NCBI GenBank assembly: GCA_044368655.1
Contig: JBIPPB010000001.1
Coordinates: 154,918-218,917, forward strand
From: Chitinophagales bacterium
GTDB taxonomy: Bacteria; Bacteroidota; Bacteroidia; Chitinophagales; JADJOU01
Reading direction: 5' to 3'
Length of the DNA: 64,000 bases
The translations under genes were made by a program, and so were the position numbers. Under the pieces are notes generated by a model that was given only the letters and a program-made list of their open reading frames with translations, did not search any database and was not told the DNA's origin. Positions 56,302 to 64,000 of the stretch are shown here, in pieces. The first letter of the stretch is position 1; the number at the start of each line of letters is the position of its first letter.

Positions 56302-57324
56302 TTATCGGGACATAATTTTTAGTGAAAATTCTTTAAATGCCTCATAATGCTCAATATTAGATCCTGCAAACTCTACACCAATGGTTCTTAAATTAAACTC
56401 GGTAAACGTATCTAAAATCCGTTCCAATTGTGGAATGGTATATCCCGCCAATGGCATTTTATACTTTTTATATTTCCAATGGTCATTCGCGGTAATTCCG
56501 GCCAATGAAAGTGCATTTTCAAACGATTGCTCGCGCATGGCAATTTTAATACGATATAGAAAAAGATAGGTATTAAAAATGCTACTCAGCGCCGCAAACA
56601 AATTCATGTTTTTTGGATTTTTAAAATAAAACTCGATTATTGTAAAAACGGCTTTATGATTTCGTTCGACCAATTTATCGGTAAAATCATAAATCGTAAA
56701 TTCTTTTTGAATACTCAAACTACTCAAAATCATTTCTTCGGTAAGCTCTGATTTATCTTGAGCTAAGGTTAATCGGAGTTTTCCTAATTCGTTAATAATA
56801 CTTTCAATATTATTACCCAATTGATCAATAATAAGTTGGATAACTTTTGGAGAGGCAGACAGCTTTAAAGTACTTAGCTGTTTTTTTACCCAGACTTCCA
56901 TATCGCGTTCTTTTATTTTATCCGACTTAAAATAAACGATGCTTTTAGGAAATTTTTTATCAATTTCTTTATGACCTCTATAGCTTAATATTAAAATTGT
57001 AGATGGGCTAGGATGCTTTAGATAATGAATTAATGTTTCAAGATCGCCTTTGGCATCTTTTACGTTTTTTACAACAACCAATTGTTTTGGATTTGAAGAA
57101 AAACTCATTGGAGTGGTTAAGCAAGTATTTCGGATGTCGTTAAACGTGGTATCTGGGCCATAAAGCACTTTTTGACAGAATGATTTCTCCTCATTCGGAA
57201 TACATTTATCAATAGCCAAGTCAATTAAGGTGTCGATGAAATAAGGCTCCTCGCCATAAAATATATAGCAATTTTGATAGGTGTTGCTTTTAAAATCTTT
57301 TAAAATTTCTTCGAAAGTTGCCAT
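56302..57324 (-). CDS. holA: DNA polymerase III delta subunit
   Basis: 340 aa. CYIFYGEEPYFIDTLID N-terminal pattern and a three-domain clamp-loader delta layout. Confidence 0.8.
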   Translation of the reverse strand: MATFEEILKDFKSNTYQNCYIFYGEEPYFIDTLIDLAIDKCIPNEEKSFCQKVLYGPDTTFNDIRNTCLTTPMSFSSNPKQLVVVKNVKDAKGDLETLIHYLKHPSPSTILILSYRGHKEIDKKFPKSIVYFKSDKIKERDMEVWVKKQLSTLKLSASPKVIQLIIDQLGNNIESIINELGKLRLTLAQDKSELTEEMILSSLSIQKEFTIYDFTDKLVERNHKAVFTIIEFYFKNPKNMNLFAALSSIFNTYLFLYRIKIAMREQSFENALSLAGITANDHWKYKKYKMPLAGYTIPQLERILDTFTEFNLRTIGVEFAGSNIEHYEAFKEFSLKIMSR

Positions 57325-57426
57325 TGAGTCTAATCTGAAACCGTTACAAATCTATTAATATTTTCAGAAAATAGTGGATTTACTTTTTAGTTTGATTTTT
57401 TACAGCAATTCAATTAGCCGTTTAAT

Positions 57427-57459
57427 CAAAAAAAAAGCGACTGAAATTTCAGTCGCTTT
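57427..57459 (-). terminator. Rho-independent terminator after the TPR gene
   Basis: Perfect palindrome AAAGCGACTGAAATTTCAGTCGCTTT followed by a T-run on the minus strand, 6 nt past the stop codon. Confidence 0.8.
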
Positions 57460-57464
57460 ATGAA

Positions 57465-59012
57465 TTATTTTAAGAATTTTTGAAGGTCAGTGGCTTCGGC
57501 ATTTGTTGGGTCTAATTCCAACACACTATCTATATATTGTTTTGCTAATGTGTTGTCATTTAAATTTTTGAGCGCATCTTTAGCTAAATAAATATTAGAT
57601 TTTACAATTGGAGTTTTAAATTTATCTTTCGAATTTACAGTTAACTCCACAAATTTTTTGAAATCATCACGAGCCGAAGCGGTTTTTTGCTCAGGATCCG
57701 CATAAAGTTTTACATTGGCTCTTTGGTAATACGTTCCAGGGCTATTTGGAGAGAGTTCAATAACTTTTCCATACCAAATTTCGGCATTTGCGTAATCTTT
57801 TTTAGCATAATAAGCGCCCGCTAATTGGAAATAATCATCCAAAGATGGATTTGGCATTTCAACACGAGCATTATAGTAAGAAATCGCTTTGTCAAACTGT
57901 TTCATTGATCTTAAAATATCGGCTACTTTTCGGATTAAATCGGCATCATCAGGTTTTGCTTCAACGGCTTGCTCTAAGAAAGAAATGGCTTTTGAAGTAT
58001 CTCCGCCCGAAGCTAAAGTTGCTTTTGATAAATATTCATAATCATCACCAATAATTTTATCTTTTGGCTGTGTGGCCATAAAATTATTTAGATAATTAAG
58101 CGCTTCGGTATATTTTCCAGTTTCAAAATACGAATATCCTATTAAACGGTTAAGATAGTTGTTCTTATCACTTTTTTTAGTAGCCTCTTCTACGACTGGA
58201 ATTAAAGAAGTGTATTCTTTAAGATAAAAATGAATATTTGCCATCATGGCTAAATCTTCGGGTAAACGATCGCCTTTTTCCAAAATAGTTTGATATGTTG
58301 TTTTGGCTTCATTATAATTTTTATACAAATATTGTAAGTAGCCAAAATAACTGAGCGCAAATAAATTGTTAGGATCTTTAGCTAATGCTTTGTCAAAATA
58401 CTCTTTAGCCAAAGAATAATTTTTAGAATTTAAATAAACACGTGCAATTTTTGCTTCGGGCAAAGCGCTATTTTTGTCAAAATCTGCCGCATATTCATAT
58501 TGAGTAATTGCTTGACCGCCATCTTGAGCCATTACACAAGCGTCGCCATATAAAATACGAAAATCAAAATTGCGTGGACTTAAATCAACGCCTTTTTTAC
58601 TCCACTCCATACCTTTTTCTTTGTTTGTCGCTTGAGAATTGGCATAAGCTTGTCCTATGGCTATAAACACTTTAGGGTCTTTATTTTTAGAAATCTTAGC
58701 GGCATTTTGAAAATATTCTTCCGCTTTTGCATCGCTTTTAGAATTTAAAGCCAACATTCCCAATCCAATCATTCCATATGGCTTGTCTTTAGCACTTTCA
58801 AATAAGGTCTTTGCTTGATCTTCTTGATCTATTTTAATCATACAAAGTCCGTTATAAAATAAAGCCTCTTCTTCAGTTGCTGAAGCAAAAGCTGCTTGAG
58901 CACTTTTCCATTTTAATTCATAAATATGTTGAAATCCTTTTGTTAATTGAGCATTAACAGATAAAGCAACAAAAAATAAGCCTAAAATAAAACCTTTTTT
59001 AATCATCGTCAT
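57465..59012 (-). CDS. Exported tetratricopeptide-repeat protein
   Basis: Signal peptide SVNA|QL. Multiple 34-aa TPR-like units (A..YY..G......Y..A...F.KA..L.P). Confidence 0.7.
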   Translation of the reverse strand: MTMIKKGFILGLFFVALSVNAQLTKGFQHIYELKWKSAQAAFASATEEEALFYNGLCMIKIDQEDQAKTLFESAKDKPYGMIGLGMLALNSKSDAKAEEYFQNAAKISKNKDPKVFIAIGQAYANSQATNKEKGMEWSKKGVDLSPRNFDFRILYGDACVMAQDGGQAITQYEYAADFDKNSALPEAKIARVYLNSKNYSLAKEYFDKALAKDPNNLFALSYFGYLQYLYKNYNEAKTTYQTILEKGDRLPEDLAMMANIHFYLKEYTSLIPVVEEATKKSDKNNYLNRLIGYSYFETGKYTEALNYLNNFMATQPKDKIIGDDYEYLSKATLASGGDTSKAISFLEQAVEAKPDDADLIRKVADILRSMKQFDKAISYYNARVEMPNPSLDDYFQLAGAYYAKKDYANAEIWYGKVIELSPNSPGTYYQRANVKLYADPEQKTASARDDFKKFVELTVNSKDKFKTPIVKSNIYLAKDALKNLNDNTLAKQYIDSVLELDPTNAEATDLQKFLK

Positions 59013-59157
59013 AACAATTTTTATTAATAAGATGCGAATATACGCAAATTGGTTTATTCCACTTTTTAAAATTAACGATTTTTATGAAGTTTACATTTTG
59101 ATAACAATATAATTTTTTTGAAACGAACTTAATTAGTAATGTTTAATTAAAATTAAA

Positions 59158-59165
59158 TATTTTTG
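59158..59165 (+). promoter_or_regulatory. -7-type promoter box (TATTTTTG) upstream of the polysaccharide export locus
   Basis: Exact TAnnTTTG match 22 nt before the GTG start at 59188. Confidence 0.45.
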
Positions 59166-59187
59166 CAAATTACACTTATTAAAACCC

Positions 59188-59994
59188 GTGAAAAGCTTAA
59201 AAAATCAATTATATTTCATTATAGTATTCTTGGCATCAATGATTTTATTGCTAAATCAATCTTGTCGTGCGGTATATCCCAATGTAATGTTTAAAAATAT
59301 AGATTCTACACAATTAGCTACTTCATTGAGTCGTTTGGAAGAAGATTATAAAATTAAAATAGGCGATGAACTTTTTATAAAAATATTTACAGGCAAGGGT
59401 GCTCAGTTAATTGAGCCTAGGACACCAGATTTAAATACTTCAGCTGGCGGAGGGGCCAATATGCAGTTCAATAACCTAACATTTATGGTTGAGAATGATG
59501 GTTATGCCGAATTGCCAATGATCGGTAAAAGAAAGGTAGAAGGGATGAGCGAAAATGATTTAAAAGATATTTTGACAAAAGAGTATGAAAAATATTATCA
59601 AAATCCATACTTATTTATCCGCGTAGAAAATCGCAGAGCCTTTGTATTTAAAGGGTCTTTAGGTCAGATTATTAATCTTAATCGTACGCCAACAAATATA
59701 TTTGAAGTATTGGCAAAATCGGGAGGGTTTGACCGAAATTACAAAGCACATAATATTAAAATCATAAGAGGAAATCTTAGAAATCCCGAGATATTTAATC
59801 TTGATTTAAGTACAATGAAAGGAATTTCTAATGCGGAGTTAATGGTTCAATCTAATGATATTATATATCTAGAAGAGAGAAGAAGGCCGGTATATCATGC
59901 GTTGAGCGAAGCATCAACTATAATTAGTCTTCCTTTGTCAATAGTATCCACTACAATTTCTAGTATTTTCTTAATTTCTATTATAAATAAATAA
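59188..59994 (+). CDS. wza: Polysaccharide export outer-membrane lipoprotein (Wza-like; Poly_export + SLBB)
   Basis: Lipobox LLNQSC. YKIKIGDELFIKIF Poly_export motif. The later RAFVFKGSLG...FEVLAKSGG segment is SLBB-like. GTG start. Confidence 0.78.
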   Translation: MKSLKNQLYFIIVFLASMILLLNQSCRAVYPNVMFKNIDSTQLATSLSRLEEDYKIKIGDELFIKIFTGKGAQLIEPRTPDLNTSAGGGANMQFNNLTFMVENDGYAELPMIGKRKVEGMSENDLKDILTKEYEKYYQNPYLFIRVENRRAFVFKGSLGQIINLNRTPTNIFEVLAKSGGFDRNYKAHNIKIIRGNLRNPEIFNLDLSTMKGISNAELMVQSNDIIYLEERRRPVYHALSEASTIISLPLSIVSTTISSIFLISIINK

Positions 59995-59998
59995 AATT

Positions 59999-62449
59999 TT
60001 GACTCCTTCAGAACAAATAGAAAAAGATCGTTTTAATAGTTTTATAGATGAGTTTAATGCTAAACTATTTATTTATATAACTCGTAAGAGTTTGTTTTTT
60101 ATTACATTAATTATATTTATTTCAATTTTAATACCAATTTTAATTGTACGATATACCACACCAATATATAAAGTAAATTCGGTATTGATTTATAAAAAGA
60201 AGTCTGAAGCTACAGATTTATTATCTAACATAGATTTAAAACAAGAGTCTAAAGATGCCACTAAGTTAAATAGAGATATTCAATTAATTAAGTCGGATTT
60301 TTTATTAGATAAATGTATAGATAGTTTTGGACTTAATTATTCCTTATATCGAGTCGGATTTTTACCGTTTAAGAGATTTGAGATTTATCCTCTTGATGAT
60401 TTTGAAATTGATAGGAATTCAAAAATAGTAAATAGTGCACTATACAACAATCCAATAGAAATTGAAGTCAATGGAAAAACGTATGATCTAAAATATAAAA
60501 TTAATTCTAAGAATGTTGTAAAAAGGAACATTCGTTTTGGAACACTTTTTAAGACGAAAGATTTAGAATTAAAATTAGATAACAAAGCAAATAAATTCGA
60601 GGTTGGAACGTATGAGCTGATTTTTAATAATAGTGAAAATATAAAAAAGTGGCTTCAGGATAACATTGAAATTGCAAAAGACGAAAATCAAGGAATCATT
60701 GATTTAACTGTAAAGACAAACCACTCTGGAAAAGCAACCCATATTTTAAATACATTAGTGAGTCAGTTTTTAATTTTTGATCGAGAAGAAAATCAAGAAA
60801 AGCTACAAAAATCGATTTCATTTATTGACATTCAATTAGATACCTTTAAACTAAATTTTTGGCAATCGGAAAATAAACTTAATAATTTAAAACAACAAAA
60901 TAATATATATAGTCCTTCCGATGAGCTAAGCGCATATTTATCTCAAATACAAGCATTAGAAATTCAAAGGCAAGAAATAGAATATCAGCTTGATGAATTA
61001 CGAAATTTAAAAGAAAATACCTCTCAAAATATTAGTATTGTTCAACTTTCTAAGATTGAAAAGGGGAGTAATATCAGTAATCTTTCTCAAAAAGTATTAC
61101 AGCGAAACATGCTTTTATTAGATTATAAGTCGGATCATCCCTCTATAAAAGCACTTAACAATCAGATAGAACATACAACTAGAGAAGTGAAACAGTTTTT
61201 ATATCAAAATATTAAAGATAACGAACTCAAGCTTCAAAGATTTAGAATGCAAGTGGGTCAAATTAAATCTAAAGTAAATGATGTTTCAGATTTATCTTCT
61301 CAATATGCTCAATTTGAGAAAGAGTCCTCTTTAAAAGAAAAATTTATATTTGACCTTTTAGATAAACGAAATCAATTTATGGTCATGAAGTCTGGAATAT
61401 TATCAGACTATGTGATGTTACAACCGCCAAAGATTGCTCCAGATCTCGTTGCTCCAAAATCAAAACTATTATATCTTTTAGGTTTTATATCTTTTATTTC
61501 GCTATCGCTTGGATTGGTCTTTATGCGATACACCCTTTTTGATAAAGTAATTTCTTTAGATGTCATCAAAAAACGCATTAATTCCCCAATTTTGGGAGTA
61601 ATACCTTTTGAACCAGAAGCGGAAGACCATTCGATAAAAAATAAAAAATCTCCTTTAACGAAAATTGTAGTTAATAATCATGCTAAATCAAGAATAGCAG
61701 AAGCATTCAAAAAAATTAGAGCAAGTTTAAAATATGCACACGCATCTAATTTTAAAACATTTGCAACTACAAGTACCATTTCAGGAGAAGGTAAAACCTT
61801 TGTATTAACAAATTTGGCATCTGTATATGCGCAGCTTGGAAAGCGAGTTGTTATTGTAGATTTAGACTTAAGAAAACCTCGTATTGCCAAATCTTTTAAA
61901 CTTAAAAATCATATTGGAATGAGTACGATTTTATGTAGTCATGAAGATTATAAACAATACGTACAAAAAGTAGATGGACTCGAAAATATCGATTTTATTA
62001 CTTCGGGGCCAATTCCTCCAAATCCATCGGAATTAATTTTAAGTCATCGATTTGATGAAATATTAAATCAGCTCAAAGATGACTATGATTATGTATTTAT
62101 TGATACGCCTCCAGTTGGTCTTGTCAACGAATCAATAGAAATTATAAATAAAGTAGATATTCCTATTTACATAATAAGAGCTAATTATAGTAAAATAGAT
62201 TTTATTAGCAATATTAAGATTATAAATGATCAATTGAAAAATAATACATTATATACTATAGTCAATCATTTTGGATCAGGGGCTTCAAGTTATGTTAATT
62301 CTTCATATGGTTATGGCTATGGTTATAGTTATGGCTATGGTTATGGCTATGGAAGTCGAAAAGATGACACTACCGAAGGTTATTATATTGAGTCCAAAAA
62401 TAATCAAAAGGTATATTTTTGGAAAAAATGGTTTGATTGGACACTTTAA
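59999..62449 (+). CDS. wzc: Polysaccharide co-polymerase / BY-tyrosine autokinase (Wzc-like) with a C-terminal Tyr-Gly repeat cluster
   Basis: N-terminal Wzz-type TM and coiled-coil region. Kinase Walker A SGEGKTF, A' VVIVDLDLRKP, Walker B VFIDTPP. C-terminal YGYGYGYSYGYGYGYG. TTG start. Confidence 0.85.
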   Translation: MTPSEQIEKDRFNSFIDEFNAKLFIYITRKSLFFITLIIFISILIPILIVRYTTPIYKVNSVLIYKKKSEATDLLSNIDLKQESKDATKLNRDIQLIKSDFLLDKCIDSFGLNYSLYRVGFLPFKRFEIYPLDDFEIDRNSKIVNSALYNNPIEIEVNGKTYDLKYKINSKNVVKRNIRFGTLFKTKDLELKLDNKANKFEVGTYELIFNNSENIKKWLQDNIEIAKDENQGIIDLTVKTNHSGKATHILNTLVSQFLIFDREENQEKLQKSISFIDIQLDTFKLNFWQSENKLNNLKQQNNIYSPSDELSAYLSQIQALEIQRQEIEYQLDELRNLKENTSQNISIVQLSKIEKGSNISNLSQKVLQRNMLLLDYKSDHPSIKALNNQIEHTTREVKQFLYQNIKDNELKLQRFRMQVGQIKSKVNDVSDLSSQYAQFEKESSLKEKFIFDLLDKRNQFMVMKSGILSDYVMLQPPKIAPDLVAPKSKLLYLLGFISFISLSLGLVFMRYTLFDKVISLDVIKKRINSPILGVIPFEPEAEDHSIKNKKSPLTKIVVNNHAKSRIAEAFKKIRASLKYAHASNFKTFATTSTISGEGKTFVLTNLASVYAQLGKRVVIVDLDLRKPRIAKSFKLKNHIGMSTILCSHEDYKQYVQKVDGLENIDFITSGPIPPNPSELILSHRFDEILNQLKDDYDYVFIDTPPVGLVNESIEIINKVDIPIYIIRANYSKIDFISNIKIINDQLKNNTLYTIVNHFGSGASSYVNSSYGYGYGYSYGYGYGYGSRKDDTTEGYYIESKNNQKVYFWKKWFDWTL
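62306..62352 (+). repeat. Hexanucleotide (TATGGY)n microsatellite encoding the Wzc tyrosine cluster
   Basis: TATGGTTATGGCTATGGTTATAGTTATGGCTATGGTTATGGCTATGG read directly; about 8 units. Confidence 0.9.
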
Positions 62450-62469
62450 ATATATTTTTTCAATAAAGC

Positions 62470-63552
62470 ATGATTCTAAATATTTTTTTTCTTATTTTTG
62501 GATTTATACTCTCCGCGGCAATTAATTGGATTTTAATTCATTTCTCATTTAATCTTGGTGTTCGAAATATTGAAAATGAAGTGCGATGGCAAGCAAGAAA
62601 ACCCTCATTAGGAGGCATTTCATTTATAATTATATTTTTAATTTTTGCATTGTTAGCCTCTTTTTTTATAACTCAAAATCCATCTTTCAAAGAAAAAATG
62701 CAAATATTAGGTACTATAATTGGGGTGATTTTAGGTTTTTTAATTGGATTAATAGACGATGCAAAAAATACCAATCCACTATTAAAGTTATTCGGTCAAG
62801 TTTCATGTGGAATTATTATTGCAGCATTTGGTATATTAATTCCAATTTCGGATAATTTAATTTGGAATTATATATTTACGATTTTTTGGACGGTATTTTT
62901 AATGAATTCTATAAATATGCTCGACAATATGGATGGATTAACCAGTTTAATTTCCATTTTTATTTTATCATCGATATTATCCTTTAATATTTTTTGTGGT
63001 TTTGAGCAAATTTATTCCTTAATTGGATTTGCAACAATTGCATCTTTAGTCGGCTTTTTGCTGTTTAATTGGAGCCCAAGTAAAATATATATGGGTGATA
63101 GTGGAAGTCAATTTTTAGGAATTTTGTTATCTTGTTTTTCAATTCTTTTTACTTGGAACTATAAGTCAGAAGGTGGAGGCTATTTTCAAATTCAACAATT
63201 ATTTCTTCCTTTTTTTATTTTTACCATTCCAATTTTTGATACAGCAACCGTTTTTTTTCATAGGCTTATGAAAAAACAATCTCCTTTTGTAGGGGGTAAA
63301 GATCACCTTTCACATCATTTGGTATATTTAGGTTTTAAAGATTATCAAGCGGTTTTTTTATTAGGAATGTTACAGCTTATTTTTTCAATTATAGCCTTTT
63401 ATATTTATTTTTTTCAATCAAAAGTTCCATTTATATTTTACTATGCATTTGCTTTTTGGACGTTTTCTTTTTTTATAATTCAAATTCTTTACATTATCGG
63501 TAAAAAAAGAAATGTATTAAACGAAGAAAAATCTAAAAATTCAAACTTTTAA
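62470..63552 (+). CDS. Polyprenyl-phosphate sugar-1-phosphate transferase (glycosyltransferase family 4, WecA/MraY-like)
   Basis: About 10 TM helices. Motifs GLIDD, NMLDNMDGL and MGDSGSQFLG are typical of the MraY/WecA family. Confidence 0.85.
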   Translation: MILNIFFLIFGFILSAAINWILIHFSFNLGVRNIENEVRWQARKPSLGGISFIIIFLIFALLASFFITQNPSFKEKMQILGTIIGVILGFLIGLIDDAKNTNPLLKLFGQVSCGIIIAAFGILIPISDNLIWNYIFTIFWTVFLMNSINMLDNMDGLTSLISIFILSSILSFNIFCGFEQIYSLIGFATIASLVGFLLFNWSPSKIYMGDSGSQFLGILLSCFSILFTWNYKSEGGGYFQIQQLFLPFFIFTIPIFDTATVFFHRLMKKQSPFVGGKDHLSHHLVYLGFKDYQAVFLLGMLQLIFSIIAFYIYFFQSKVPFIFYYAFAFWTFSFFIIQILYIIGKKRNVLNEEKSKNSNF

Positions 63553-64000
63553 GCATTTGTACCGAGCGATTTTTTATACATTTTAGCCATTTGGCTTCCA
63601 ATCCAACTTTTAGGAATTAAATGCATAAAATAATTTCCTATTCGATTAAAAAATCCAGGAATGTAAACTCTTTTTCTGGTAATAAGTGTTTTGATCGCTT
63701 CTTTAGCGGCAACATCCACCGGCATCATCCAAGATTTTAGTTTATTAAATTTTTTATCCGAAGTCATTTCAGTTTGAATGCCACCAGGTGTAAATATCGA
63801 AATTTGATAATTTGGGTTTTCATTTTCAAATCCTAAGGCATAGGCAAAATTAAAAAGAAACGCTTTGGTACCTGAATATAAGGCTTGATAAGGAACAGGA
63901 TGATATGCGCCCATACTACTAATTACCAAAATGCCTGATGGACTATTTTTGGATACAAAATGGTTATGGAAAATAGTGAGCATTTCTAAACTTCCATGAA
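63549..64000 (-). CDS. Short-chain dehydrogenase/reductase (SDR), C-terminal part; N-terminus lies beyond the window end
   Basis: The frame stays open to base 64000. VISSMGAY...YSGTKAF carries the catalytic Ser and YxxxK motif. Confidence 0.75.
   Translation of the reverse strand, partial: HGSLEMLTIFHNHFVSKNSPSGILVISSMGAYHPVPYQALYSGTKAFLFNFAYALGFENENPNYQISIFTPGGIQTEMTSDKKFNKLKSWMMPVDVAAKEAIKTLITRKRVYIPGFFNRIGNYFMHLIPKSWIGSQMAKMYKKSLGTNA

Noticed and set aside
62271-62525. The 84-aa ORF (HMVMAMVIVMAMVMAM...) overlapping the end of wzc.
   Set aside because: It is an alternative-frame reading of the (TATGGY)n microsatellite. The wzc frame gives the expected BY-kinase Tyr cluster, so this ORF is a shadow.

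Overview
This 64-kb window is a chromosomal segment from a low-GC Bacteroidota (Flavobacteriia-like) genome. Supporting evidence: a T9SS C-terminal sorting domain, TAnnTTTG -7 promoter boxes, no Shine-Dalgarno sequences, signal peptides that cleave before Gln, and a fused E1 alpha/beta dehydrogenase. All identifications rest on motifs read by eye; no BLAST or HMM search was possible.

Most of the window is densely packed housekeeping: sufS (3' end), kdsC, korA, an acyl-CoA carboxyltransferase, tRNA-Leu(CAA), lepA, purH, rdgB, pheT, htpG, glyQS, scpA and holA.

Four accessory patches stand out:
1. A cyanophycin locus, cphA divergent from cphB-iaaA, at 17.2-22 kb.
2. A McrBC-type restriction pair whose McrB has a ~400-aa N-terminal extension, next to an orphan helical protein, at 32-37.3 kb.
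3. A compositionally mosaic stretch at 44.6-53 kb. It holds a ParE/RelE toxin-antitoxin cassette, an XRE regulator facing four very AT-rich orphan exported or lipoprotein genes, and then a GC-richer class II Fic gene convergent with an AAA+ ATPase carrying a PD-(D/E)xK-like DUF4143 tail.
4. A Wza/Wzc/WecA-like polysaccharide export locus at 59-64 kb.

The least explained sequence features bracket the ATPase gene. Upstream, three perfect 23-bp direct repeats sit on an exact 33-bp register. Downstream, a 22-bp motif occurs five times, forms nested hairpins, and supplies the gene's last codons.

I recognised no rRNA, CRISPR array, IS element, transposase or integrase. I could not establish a complete novel multi-gene system. 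The best candidates are the Fic/ATPase module with its repeats, the XRE-linked orphan cassette, and the McrBC neighbourhood.
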